Source: Carcharhinus amblyrhynchos | Lineage: Eukaryota | DNA: 64,000 bases | Assembly (NCBI GenBank): GCA_965287045.1 | Contig: OZ336883.1 | Span: forward strand, 69,812,001-69,876,000 | Direction: 5' to 3' | Shown: one piece after another, positions 41,328-53,539 of the stretch | Layout: every line of letters begins with the position of its first letter | Position numbering within the stretch: the stretch's first letter is position 1 | Made by a program: the position numbers and the translations under genes | Notes under the pieces: model-generated | Databases searched by the model: none | What the model was told of the DNA's origin: nothing | The model's input: the letters and a program-made list of their open reading frames with translations, nothing else

Positions 41328-42011
41328 GCAAGACAAAATGTATGTGATCATTTCCTGCCTTGGCAAAGGGGTATCTCCAGGTGCATGTGAGCAATCTGAA
41401 TCTTGATAAGGCAGGAAAAAAGTCTTTTACAAGCATCCTGAGAGGCCATTGTTCATGAGAATTGTTGTGTGTGTGTCTGTGTATTACTGCTTAGGTAAAC
41501 TGTCTTTATTTTTTAAAAAGTCGATATGAATCCCGGGGATAATGTCTTCAGTCAGAATTATTCTCCCCTCTTGTCCTCCTCACTCCATGTTCCTGCTGCC
41601 CAGTGTTGAGCACAACCATGCCACAACAGTTACATTAAATGCGCAAACAGAAATATAAGATACATTAAAAATGCCTTACAGCATAACAAAATATCAAAAT
41701 GCCTGACAATTCCACTGCAATCCGTGTGGCGTAGGTCCACCCAGAATCTGTTAGGAAGAGAGTTCCAGAATTTTGATTCCTCAACAGTGAAGGAATGATG
41801 ATATAGTTTCAAATCAAGATGATGTGTGGCTTGGAGGGGAACTTCCAGAAGGTGGTTCCCATGCGTCTACAGCTTTTGTCCTTCTAAGCGGCAGTGTTCA
41901 CAGGTTTGGAAGGTGCTTTTGAAAAATCCTCAGTGAGTTTCTACACTGCGTCTAGTAGATTGTACACGCTGCTGCCATTATGCATGAGTGGTGGAGGAAC
42001 GAGCGTTAAGG

Positions 42012-42318
42012 TAAAAGTAAATCATTGGAGATACTGGAATCTGAAACCAAAACAGAAAATGCTGGAAAATCTCAGCAGGTCTGGCAGCATGTAAGGAGAG
42101 AAAAGAGCTGACGTTTTGAGTCCAGACGACCCTTTGTCAATGCTAAAAGGCATAGAAAGTGGGAGATATTTATACTGCAGGGTGAGGGAATTAAAGATAA
42201 GTCATAGTCACAGAAACCAAGGGATAAGACAGCTAATAGCACCGAGAGAATAAAGGGTGTGAATGGCCAAACAGCAAAGAAACTAAATTGAAGATGTTGG
42301 TGGAGGGGGAGGAAAATG
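42012..42318 (-). mobile_element. Penelope-like element 3' fragment (same family as 26142 and 61052)
   Basis: gaatctgaaaccaaaacagaaaatgctggaaaatctcagcaggtctggcagcat…gctgacgttttgagtccagacgaccctttgtcaa. Confidence 0.65.
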
Positions 42319-42319
42319 G

Positions 42320-42478
42320 ATCTTTCTCTATACCCTAGTTATGACTGTAACACTACGTTCTGTACTCTCTTTTTTCCTCCACTATGAACAGTATGCTTTG
42401 TCTGTATAGTGTGCAAGAAACAATATTTTTCACTGTATCCCAATACATGTGGCAATAATAAATCAAATCAACATCAAA
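42320..42478 (+). mobile_element. Rex1/Babar-type LINE 3' UTR only
   Basis: gatctttctctataccctagttatgactgtaacactac…aataataaatcaaatc, matching the other copies. Confidence 0.8.
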
Positions 42479-43564
42479 TCTCACAAATTTCCACAGACCT
42501 ATCTTCCAAGTTGCAGTGATGGAGACTCAGGAGCTGGTCTCCGACTCAAACTGTGCTGAATCATACAGGATCCAAAATGTTATTGGTTTAGGTTACCCTA
42601 CCAAATTAAATCAAGTTTCTCCAACTATTCAGTTTCTGACACTACGCTTGTCATTAGATGAGTCAAGACAGAGCCCACACTGTAGTGTCAAATTCAGGCC
42701 ATAAGATGGCAGCTGGCGAATAGTGGACTGGGCAACTGTAAAAATCATTCTGGAGAAACATTTGGAGTCCAGGACATGCGCACACATATTAACTGTGATC
42801 GTTTCAAGGGACTTATTTATCTGGCGCTGGGTGATTGCGGATGGTGGGGGGACCTTACCTGTCCCACCCACCATGGGAATTATACTGACGGGGGGGTGGG
42901 GGGGACCATGCAAATTGATCTTGGGTGGGATTTTCTGGTTTTGGGGCAAGTGTGAATGGAAAATCCCATCCATTGTGTCAGTGCTAGTATTTTTTGGAAG
43001 TTTTATTTACCCGGCAGCATCAGCACCTGTGATGAGACACTCTAAAGTGGCATGCCGATCTAGTTCCAGTGGGTTGTCGCTGAAAGCACCAACTTTTGTT
43101 GCTGCAACAACACAAAATGAAAAAGAGCCTCAAGCAGGTTATAGCTTCCCAAAGTCAGAAGTGAAATTTGAGAAGCCTCAGTTAGAATTAGGCACGTTCA
43201 CTTTCTGCAGAGCAGGGAGGTTTTATTTATGTTATATTTTATTATATAAAATGGTGGCCAGAATTTTCTGGCCATTCATGCCCGCTCCCCACCCAATGGG
43301 AAAGGAGAACTTGATGCTCAGTCAAGTCTCCACTCACTGCAGCGGGACCCGGGAATCCTAGCTGCAGGTGAGGTCGGAGAATCGGGTCCAGTGTTTCCCA
43401 ACTGGTGAGCTGCTCAAGGCCTTTGTTGAGCTGTTTCAATTCTGACTGTCACTCAAGGATGGAATGGAACCTGGATCCCTGGCACCGTGGCTGGCATTGC
43501 TGGCAGCAATGCCAGCCACTGTGCCAACATGCCACCAATAGTTGCAAATACCAGTTACAGACTA

Positions 43565-43870
43565 CAGTGGCACAATGGTTAGCACTGCTGCCTCACAGCG
43601 TCAGGGATCCAGGTTCAATTCCCATCTTGCATGGAGTTGCACATTCTCCCGGTGTCTACGTGGGTTTCCTCTGGATGCTCCGGTTTCCTCCCACAGTCCA
43701 AGGATGTGCAGGTTAGGTACATTGGCAATGCTAAGTTGCCCCTTCATGTCAAGAGGACGAGCTAGGGTAAATGCATGGGGTTATGGGGATTGGGTGGGAT
43801 TGTGGTCGGTGCAGACTTGATGGGCCGAATGGTCTCCTTCTGCACTGTAGAGTTTCTATAATTATATTCT
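43565..43870 (+). mobile_element. HE1-like V-SINE
   Basis: tRNA head, V-domain and CR1-type tail. Confidence 0.85.
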
Positions 43871-44469
43871 AATCATTGTATGGAAACTAAAGGATGGTTG
43901 GGAAGGATAGGCCAGATGGACCAATCGTTTTCCCTTATAGTGTGCGCATGCAAAATGGCATTTCGTATTGGATGTATGGCATAGCACATAGGAGATAAAA
44001 GAGAATGATATGACCCAAAGAAAGTCAAACTTAATTAAAAACCCTGTCTCCCAAGGGATGTTATCCAGAATGAAATAATACCATCTTTAGAACACTGCTT
44101 CAAGGTTCAATACACTGTGATGATTTTATCGCAGTGTGAGTTCATGACCTCTGAGATGATGAAGAGTTCAGTTTGTGATTCCTGACTTGGAAGAACGTAT
44201 CTGAAAATAATATTTTCATTCATTAATTCAGCAATATTTACCAAGCACATATCACGTACAGAGACAGCATTAACGGGATTTTCCAAAGTTCATTCATTGT
44301 AAGTATGCTTCCCAAACATTTAGTAAGGCAACCACTCATTCCCCAGCAATTGCAAAAGGCATGAGACATTAGAATTGGTTTCCTTGTTTGAAGGGTAACT
44401 GTTCAACAATGACATTTTTTCTAACCGTATAGAAGCATTTTTAGGACCATATAGCTGAATTGGTCAGTT

Positions 44470-45150
44470 ATATAGAAGCATAGAAACTAGAAACACAGGT
44501 CGGATATTTAGCCCTTTGAGCTTTCTCTGCCATTGATTTTGAACATGGGTGATCATCAAATTCAATATAGAATCATACAATCCCTACAGTACAAAAGGAG
44601 GCCATTTGGTCCATCGAGACTGCACCGACCACAATCCCACCTGGGCCACATAAATACTCTGCTAATCCCCAGACTCTAGAGTCAATTTAGCATGGCCAGT
44701 CAACCTAATCTGCACATCTTTGGAGCATAGGAGGAAACCAGAGCGCTCGGAGGAAATCCACATAGACTTGGGGGAGAATGTGCAAACTTCACACGAACAG
44801 TGATCCGAGGCCGGAATTGAACCTGGGTCACTGGCACTGTAAGGCAGCAGTGCTAACCACTGTGCCATTGTGCCACCCTAAATATCCTGATAGCCCCTTT
44901 ACCCCATATCCCTCGATCCCTTTAGCCTCAAAAGCCATATCTAATTCCTTCTTGAAATCACACAACATTTTGGTCTCAACTACTTTCTGTGGTAGTGAAT
45001 TCCACAGATTCACCATCCTCTGGGTGAAGAAATTTCTCCTCACCTCAGTCTTAAAAGGTTTACTCCTTATCCTTGACTCCTAGTTCTGGACTCCTACACC
45101 ATCGAGAACATTCTTTCTGAATCTACCCTGTTTAATCCTTTTCGAATCCT
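44470..45150 (-). mobile_element. CR1 3' fragment interrupted by an HE1-like SINE (44567-44876)
   Basis: ORF MRRNFFTQRMVNLWNSLPQKVVETK…; SINE flanked by aatat-like repeats. Confidence 0.85.
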
Positions 45151-45384
45151 GTTAAAGACTCATTGTGAAAGTTGCAGGTGATGATTTTTATGCATACCTC
45201 CTGTCATCATTGTCATTTCCAATAACTTTGGAAACTGTGTTGACCTTTTGAGGGACATATAATTGATGGTCATACCAGTCAAGACTCTTCCGGGTCATCT
45301 GTTGATGGTCATATTGGCACCAAGAGGACAGGTATAAAATTGACACTTTGCCTCAGTAAGGGCAGAGTTCAGTTTCCCTGGTTG

Positions 45385-45528
45385 CGGGAGGTGGATTTTC
45401 ATGTCCCACCCACCATAGGAATGGTAACGGACAAGTTGAGGGGCAGGGGAGGGGAACCATGCAACCATCCATTGATCTTGGGCTGGATTTTCCGGTTTTG
45501 GGGTGAATGTGGCCAGAAAATCTGACCC
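45385..45528. mobile_element. Short GC-rich element with inverted ends (MITE-like family)
   Basis: ggtggattttc…gaaaatctgacc; homologous copies at ~38310-38452, 42840-42972, 48975-49115 and 57590-57712. Confidence 0.55.
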
Positions 45529-45654
45529 ACTGGCCGGAAATTTACCACCATGCTCCCTGGAATTGGGACGGGCAAAGCTCACACAGAACAGAATTCTCTG
45601 TTGGCCTCAGTCGAGATTTTACGAGCCTCACCTGAGCGAGATTGTGGACTAAAA

Positions 45655-45950
45655 GTTCAAAGTTATTTATTAGTCACAAATAGACTTACATTAACACTGC
45701 AATGAAGTTACTGTGAAAATCCCCTAGTTGCCACGCTCAGGCACCTGTTTGGGTACACTGAGAGAGAATTTAGCATGGCCAATACTGCTAACCAGCGCGT
45801 CTTTTGGACTGTGGGAGAAAACCAGAGCACCCGGAGGAAACCCACGCCAACGCAGGAGAACGTGCAAACTCCACACAGACAGCGACCCAAGCCGGGGAAT
45901 CGAACCAAGGTCTCTGGTGCCATGAGGCAGCAGTGGTATCCAAATACCGA
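45655..45950 (-). mobile_element. V-SINE with alternative 3' tail
   Basis: Revcomp tail cttacattaacactgcaatgaagttactgtgaaaatcccctag plus V-domain. Confidence 0.85.
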
Positions 45951-45956
45951 CCACTG

Positions 45957-45983
<27 letters not shown>
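45957..45983. repeat. (TC)n microsatellite
   Basis: About 13 TC units. Confidence 0.95.
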
Positions 45984-45987
<4 letters not shown>

Positions 45988-46562
45988 GCTGTATGCACCA
46001 TTCTTGGGTCCTATGAGTGACTATCCTCCGTACAATTATTTTTTATATTTTACCGTTCAATGCAGCAGTGGGTCACATTTATCTGAAACCAGACAAATCG
46101 ATACTGGAACAAAAGCAAGATACTGCTGATGCTGGAAATCCAAAATAAAAACTAAAGAACAATCTGGAAAAGCTCAGCAGGTCAGGCTGCCTCAGATCTG
46201 AACAGTCAGAATGAAAGGTTATTGACCTTAAATTTTAAATCTATTTGTCATCTGTGGACAGAAATGAGTTTTTCCAGCAATTCTTTTTTTGGAAATCAAT
46301 ATTGCTTTTGTACAAAGCCTTAACACGTCACCATGAATGGTTTACACAACAAATTATTTTTTGAAGTCTAGTACAAGACATAAGCAAGTATTCTACACTT
46401 TAATGCTTAGTAAACACCCTTAAGAGGGATAGCTAGCTTTTTCTTTCGCGGCAAAGGGTGAGAACAAAGTCGTGAAGTTTTAATGTTCACTGATATCAGT
46501 ACAAGTGGACATCAGTTTAGCATCTCATCCTATCAAATGGTAGCTCTGGCAGCAAAACATTC

Positions 46563-46848
46563 AGGTGGCACACTGGTTAGCATTGCTGCTGCACAGCGCC
46601 AGGGACCCGGGTTCGATTCCCTGCTTAGGTCACTGTCTGTGCAGAGTCTGCATGTTGTCTGCGTGGGCTTCCTCCAGATGCTCCCAGCTTCCTCCCAAAA
46701 GACGTGCTGGTTAGGTGCATTGGCCGTGCTAAATTCTCCCTCAGTGTACCCAAACAGGCTGGGGAGTTTGGCGACTAGGGGATTTTCACAGTAATTTCTT
46801 TGCAGTGTTAATGCAAGCCTACTTGTCACACTGATAAATAAACTTTAA
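46563..46848 (+). mobile_element. V-SINE with alternative 3' tail
   Basis: Head ggttcgattcc; tail gggattttcacagtaa…gcctacttgtcacactgataaataaacttt. Confidence 0.85.
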
Positions 46849-47068
46849 ACATTCTTTGGGCATTACACTGGATTGTGAGCTTATGGTTTTTCACTCCAGT
46901 AATGTGAGCTGAGGCTTCTAACATAATGCCTGAAGGTGCCATTATCTAATTAGCCATATGAATAACTGGCAAGCTTTTCACAGTTTAACGCATTTGCACT
47001 GGTCAGAGTGTGAACCTCTTATCCAATTAAATGGTGGTCATAATGCCCAGTCATACATTTTAATTTCC

Positions 47069-47411
47069 TTAGAATCCCTACATTGCAGAAGGAGGCCATT
47101 TGGCCCATCAATTATGCCTCAACTCTCTGAAAAAACATCTTACCCAGGCCCAACCCCTGGCCTAGCTGGGTACTCCTGCACATTTTCCCACCTAACTTAC
47201 ATATCTTTGGACACTAAGAGGCAAGTTACCATGGCCGATCCACCTAACCTGCACATCTGTGGACTGTGGAGGGTAACAGGAGCACCTGGAGGAAACCCAC
47301 GCAGGCATGGGGAGAATGTGCAAACTCCACACAGGCAGTGACCTAAGGCTGGAATCAAACCTGGGTCCCTGGCGCTGTGAGGCAGCTAACCACTGTGCCA
47401 CCATGCCGCCC
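47069..47411 (-). mobile_element. HE1-like V-SINE
   Basis: Reverse-complement full-length copy. Confidence 0.85.
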
Positions 47412-47609
47412 TGATATAATTATTAGTTGTTTTTACTTCACTCCATCTTTTGGGGTCTCACCATATCATGCCACTGCCCAGGCATATTAATGTAAGCGGG
47501 TTGGAAACCTGGAGCCCACAGGAAATCCTTCTTGGTTATTCCTGTTGATTCCACAGTAACTCGCCACGCAGCACCTGATAGGCACGGACATCTAATCTTG
47601 ATGTTCTCT

Positions 47610-48365
47610 GATTTTGATTTGATTCAAATTATTATTGTCATATGTATTAGCATACAGTGAAAAGTATTGTTTCTTGAGTGCTATACAGGTGAAGCATGTC
47701 ATTCATAGAGAAGGAAACGAGAGAGTGCAGAATGTAGTGTTACAGCTGTAGCTAGGGTGTAGAGAAAGATCAACTTAATGAGGGCAGCAAGGAAGAAGTT
47801 GTTTGTGAGTCTGTTGGTACGTGACTTCAGACTTATGTATCTTTTTCCCAATGGAAGAAGGTGGAAGAGAGAATGTCCAGGGTGCGTGGGGTCCTTAATT
47901 ATGCTGGTAGCTCTGCCGAGATAGTAGGAAGTGTAGACAGAGTCAATGGATGGGAGGCTGGTTTGTGTGATGGATTGGGCTACATTCATGATCTTTTGTA
48001 GTTCCTTGTGGTCTTGGGCAGAGCAGGAGATACACCATGCTGTGATACAACCAGAATGCTTTCTATGGTGCATCTGTAAAAGTTGGTGAGAGTCGTAGGG
48101 GACATGCCAAATTTCCTTAGTCTTCTGAGAAAGATGGGCTTTCTTAATTATAGTGTCGGCATTGGTGGTGGTGGTGGGGGGGGGAGCCAGGACAGGTTAT
48201 TGGTGATCTGGACACCGAAAAGCTTGAAGCTCTTGACAATTTCTACTTTGTCCCCATTGATGTAGATGAGGCATGTTCTCCTCTATGCTTCCTGAAGTCG
48301 ATGACTATCTCCTTCATTTTGTTGACATTGAGGGAGACATTATTGTCGCCGCACCGGTTCACCAG
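47610..48365 (-). mobile_element. Rex1/Babar-type LINE 3' fragment
   Basis: ORF GCITAWCISCSAQDHKELQK…IIKDPTHPGHSLFHLLPLGKRYISLKSRTNRLTNNFF, with the same tail as 7215. Confidence 0.85.
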
Positions 48366-49574
48366 ATTCGGGTGTTGCAGTACATTGTGCCAATGGGCCA
48401 TCCATTAAGGCTGTCAGCTGAAAGCGTGAAATTCTACACTTTGCAACTGCTTCTTTTGGTGCGCACAATCAATTCTAGGCTGGTCAGCATTATGTATGTT
48501 GGGGCATGCCCCTTTAACAGGTCCTGGGACTCGAGCTCCACCTTGTGTGGGGCTAGTCTAGCCAGTCTTGTGCTGACTCTGCTAGGATAAGGACACGTTA
48601 ATAAACTGTACCAGTTAGTTTATTGCCACTGACCTTGTGATCTAGCATTAGTCTCAAGATCAGTGGCATAAACCTCCAAAAAGTTTTCATACTTCTGTGT
48701 TAAAGTGGTGGAATCCTGTATTAAAGTGGTGGTCCAAAGATGTGCAGGTTAGGTGCATTGGCCAAGCTAAATTGCCCCTCAATGTCCCGGGATGTGTAGG
48801 TTAGAGGGATTAGCAGGGTAAATATGTAGGATTACGGGGATAGGGCCTGGGTGGGATTGTGGTCAGCGCAGACTCAATGGGCCGAATGGCCTCTTTCTGC
48901 ACTGTAAGAATTCTATGGTTTCTAATTTTGAAATGCTTTCACAACAAATCGAAACAAAATATCTTATAAAATATGGATGACAGTCTCTGGCCGCACTCAC
49001 CCCAAAACCAGAGAACCCTGCCCAAGGTCAATGGACCTTTATGTGGTCCTCCTCCCCCCACCCACCCCCCCAGCCGCTACAGTTCCCATGGATAGGCAGG
49101 GTAGGAGAATTCCTCCCTATCTATTTCAGTTTACTTTCACACACTATCCCATTTTGAAAAAAAGACTGCCCACACAATCACTCCAACCCTTCTCAAAAGC
49201 ATTCAGCACACAGAGAATTTGCCATCTTCACAGCGACACATGTCTTGTCAGACCGCCCATCCAATTCCGGAGAAGCACTTACTCCTCTGTTCTTGTCAGA
49301 TCGCCTAAACACTCTCGCCTTTAGCCTCCCATTGTTCAAAGCAGTAATCTACTGCTGCTCAAAGACATCTCCCTGTTCCACTTTAACTTAATTGCTTTCC
49401 CTTTAACTCCATCAGAGAGCCACTCTCTTTACAGGGCGATCTTCTCATTGTTATTTCCACTGGGACTTACATAATTCACTTGCCAAATTTGTCTCAAGTC
49501 CTGTGAGTGGAAGTTTCTTATTTTTTTGAGAAGCTTACTTGCAGTGTATAGCTTGCTCCCTGTTCCTTGTACAA

Positions 49575-49850
49575 ACAGCACTGCTGCCTCACAAGTGCCA
49601 GGGACCTGGGTTCAATTCCCAGCTTGGATCCCTGTCTGTACCTTCTCCCTGTGTCTCCATGGGTTTCCTCCAGCTGCTTTGGTTTCTTCCCGTAGAAAGA
49701 CGTGGTGGTTAGGTGCATTGGCCACGCTAAATTCTACCTCAATGCACCCGAACAGATGCTGGAGTATGGCGCCTAGGGGATTTTCACGGTAACTTCATTG
49801 CAGTGTTAATGTAAGCCTACTTGTGACACTAATAAATAAACTTAAAACTT
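49575..49850 (+). mobile_element. V-SINE with alternative 3' tail
   Basis: Same head and tail as 46563. Confidence 0.85.
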
Positions 49851-50521
49851 AAGCTTCAGCCAGAGGTGTCTTTTTGGTCAGATCTCTCAGACTTGCAAAC
49901 CAGTATTGTGGCTGGGGTTGCCGGCTGAGATTAAGTGCATTCCTGGAAGTTTCATCACATGACTTTCTTCCCACGCTGTGGTCATTAGCTGGCCAACACA
50001 TTCATCCTTGTGATCTTCTCACACTAATTGGAAAACAAGAAGATCCATTATCCAATTGGAGGATGCTTGAATGTCCATCCAACAGCCCCCACCACCCCCC
50101 CTCACCCCATTTTCAATATTTTTATATCTGGTAAAGAAAAACATTCAAAGAAACTGACAATTGTTTTCTGTCCCAGTGATATTTTTCCTCTGGAGTTGCA
50201 CACTGCGGTGTCCTGGGGATTGATTACCAATGGCTGGGAGCTCCAGGCCAATATTGGAGGGTTGGTAACCCTAGTCATAGCATGAGCTCACATTGCAACA
50301 GGAGATTTCGCCCTGAATAAGAAGGGCGTTGGGTGGAAACTTCCTGACGGCCGTGTCAGGGGAGCCACTTGCCTCATAAAATGAGAGAGGATTTACATTT
50401 CTATCAAGGCATCCCAAAACACTTTACTACTAATAAAATGTAGTGTAATTATAGTTATTGCAATGTATGAAATGTGGTGGACAATTTACACACCACAAGA
50501 ACAAAAAGATGCGCTTTTTAC

Positions 50522-50910
50522 AGAATTACAGAACCCTACAGTACAGAAGAAGGCCATTTGGCCCATCCAACTTGCATTGACAACAATCCCACCTGGGCCT
50601 TACCCCTGTAACCCCATGTATTTACCCTGCTAATCCCCCTGACACTAAGGGGCAATTTAGCATGGCCAATCCACCAAACTTGCACATCTTTGGACTGTGT
50701 GAGGAAACTCAAGCATCCAGAGGAAACCCACACAAATACAGGGGGAATGTGCCAACTCCACACAGGCAGTGACTCAAGCTGGAAATCAAACCCAGGTCCC
50801 TGGCACCGTGAGGCAGCAATGCTAACCACTGTGCCACCATGTTTCTTTCGGAGAGTCGGTGCAGACTCGATGGGCTCCTTCTGCACTGTCGGAATTCTGT
50901 GGTTCTATGG
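50522..50910. mobile_element. HE1-like V-SINE (minus) abutting a plus-strand SINE tail
   Basis: Minus copy 50522-50840, followed by the plus-strand tail gtcggtgcagactcgatggg…ttctatg. Confidence 0.8.
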
Positions 50911-51184
50911 AACCAGGTAAGAGCAGTCCCAGCCAGCTGGATGACAGTGGAGAGATATTGGAAGAAGTTAGATCTACTATGTGAAAGGTTGCAGACAGGT
51001 CAAGATGGGTGCCGAGGGAAAGTTTACCTATGTCACAGACAAATAGAATGCATTTTGTGACTTTGATAAGCACAGTTTTGGTACTGTAGCAAGAGTGGAA
51101 ACTTAATTGGAGTGATTCAAATGTAGAGTTGCAGGAAGGATGGGAATGGATTTGGGAAGTGACAGCACATTCCAAACAAAACCA

Positions 51185-51568
51185 CACAAACCAGCCTCCT
51201 ATCTATTGACACTCTCTACACTTTGTGCTGCCTCAGAAAAGCAGCCAGCATAATTAAGGACCCCACACACCTCGGACATTCTCTCTTCCACCTTCTTCCA
51301 TTAGGAAAAAGATACAAAAGTCTGAGGTGAGGTACCAACTGACTTAAGAACAGCTTCTTCCCTGCTGCTGTCAGACTTTTGAATGGACCTACCTCACATT
51401 AAGTTGATCTTTCGCTATAGCCTAGTTATGACTGTAACACTACATTCTGCACTCTCTCCTTTCCTTCTGTATGAATGGTATGCTTTGTCTATATAATGCG
51501 CAAGAAACAATAGTTTTCACTGTATACTAATACACGTGTCAATAATAAATCGAATCAAATCAAATCAA
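51185..51568 (+). mobile_element. Rex1/Babar-type LINE 3' end
   Basis: Homologous to 7520-7866; (AATCA)n tail. Confidence 0.85.
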
Positions 51569-51809
51569 AAACATTAAAGGAATTAAGGAAAAGGAAGTTG
51601 GAGCTGCAAGGCAGTTTGGTTATGAGTTGTTGTTTTTGAGGAGAGGGACAAAGACAGCAGGCTTAAACGAGAGTGGGACAACATCTGAAGAGAGAGAAAC
51701 AGTGACAATATCTGCCAACATGGGAGACACGTGGGAAATTTTGGCGGTCAGCAATTTAATGAGAATAGAGTTGAAAACATGAGCCTCATTCACAAGATGA
51801 GAGGGCTTA

Positions 51810-52097
51810 AGTTTAAAGTGTATTTATTAATGTCACAAGTAGGCTTACATTAACACTGCAGTGGAGTTACTTTGAAAATCCCCTGGTCACCACACTCTGG
51901 TGCCTGGTTGGGTACACTGAAGGAGAATTTTGCACAAGCAATGCACCTAACCGAAACATCTTTCTGACTATTAGAGGAAACCGGAGCATCCAGAGGAAAT
52001 CCACGCAGACTCCGCACAGACAGTCACCCAAGCCGGGAATTGAACCCGGGTCCCTGGTGCTGTGAGACAGCAGTGCTAACCACTGTGCCACTGTGCC
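51810..52097 (-). mobile_element. V-SINE with alternative 3' tail
   Basis: Same head and tail as 45655. Confidence 0.85.
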
Positions 52098-52350
52098 AAG
52101 GGAAGACAGGAGAGAAATTAGTGAAAGTTGCGAGTTCAGGGTTTGTTGTGGGTGATAGGGTGGGGTGCTGCCGAGACATGACAGGGAGTTTGTCCGTGGA
52201 GGGAAGGGATGCGACGTAGGCAACTGGCTGGATGATTTCAATCTCAGAGGCAAACATCCATGATCTGCTCACACTTATTGGTGGCAGTGAGCCTTATAGA
52301 TCCAGAGATCTTTAACTGACTGATGATGGATCAGCCAGCTGGCTTACTAA

Positions 52351-52688
52351 GGGCAGCATGGTGGCACAGTGGTTAGCACTGCTGCCTCACAGCTCAGGGA
52401 CCTGGGTTCGATTTCCGGCTTGGGTCACTGTCTGTGTGGAGTTTGCACATTCTCCCCATGTCTGCCTGCGTTTCCTCTGAGTGCTCCAGTTTCCTTCCAC
52501 AGTCCAAAGGTGTGCAGGTTAGGTTTGATTGGCCATATTAAACTGCTCCTTAATGTCCCAGGATGTGTAGGTTAGATGCATTAACAAGGTAAATGTGTGG
52601 GATTATGGGGTGGGTGGGATTGTTGTGGGTGCAGCCTTGATGAGCTGAATGTCCTTCTTCTGCACTGTAGGGGTTCTATAATTCTATA
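52351..52688 (+). mobile_element. HE1-like V-SINE
   Basis: Full-length, with A-box-like tggcacagtgg and B-box ggttcgattt. Confidence 0.88.
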
Positions 52689-53539
52689 ATGGCACTATCA
52701 GGGATAAACCTGCCATTGTTGGTTAACTTGACCCTCAATAACTCTGAAGGTGAGTGTCCTAACATGGGCTGCTGTGTTTAAAAAGGCAGTTCACAAGTAG
52801 CGTGAGCAATAAAAATGCTGGCCTAGCCATTGATACTCACATCCCCATGGATAAATGACTAGAAGTCCTGATTTAACTTAAAGTTGTAAACTAACCATTA
52901 CTCAGAGCTTTAAATCTCATTATTATTCGAGCTTTCTGTCCTTTTTGTTCGCTTCCGATCCAATTTTCACTTGGTTAAAAGTGATGACTCTTACTGGAAT
53001 GTTGTTTAATCACCACCGATTGGCTTTTTGTAACTGGGCCAATGACCATTCTTCATGTGTGAGACAGTGACTTCAGCCCATCATGTCTGGGCCAGCCTTC
53101 AAGCACTAATCTATTCTAATCCCATTTCCCAGCACTTGCTCTGTAACCTTGTACACTTTAGCATTTCAAGTGCTCATCTAAATGCTTCTTAAATGTTGTG
53201 AGAGTTCCCACCTCTTACCACCATTTCAGGCAATGAGTTCTAAATTCCCACCACTCTCGGGGTGAAGATGTTTGCCTCAAATCCCTTCTAAATCCCTTGT
53301 CCCTTATCCTAAATCTATGTCCCCTGGTTATTGACTGCTCTACTAAGGGGAAAATTTCTCAACCAGCCTCCTAGATCACCAACCATGATCACTTTATCCA
53401 TTTCTCCACTTCAGTTCATGTTTCTTGTACAAAATGGTTTGTTTTGTTAACCACAGCCGTGATGTTTAAAGCATTGGCTCTGAACCACTGGACCATGGGT
53501 TCCACCATCACCAACACAATGTTGCCTTTCCCGTCACTC

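Larger units (their letters stand above)
50910..52270 (-). mobile_element. Old L2 LINE ORF2 remnants, interrupted by a Rex1 tail and a V-SINE
   Basis: ORF 50822-51187 reads SFHSCYSTKTVLIKVTKCILFVCDIGKLSLGTHLDLSATFHIVD, a degraded form of the L2 RT motif GFRxxHSTETALLKVxxD…LLDLSAAFDTVD. Confidence 0.7.

Noticed and set aside
42723-43361. 212-aa ORF, the longest non-LINE ORF
   Set aside because: It starts at GTG, runs through two MITE-like repeats, and has no recognisable domain or splice signals.
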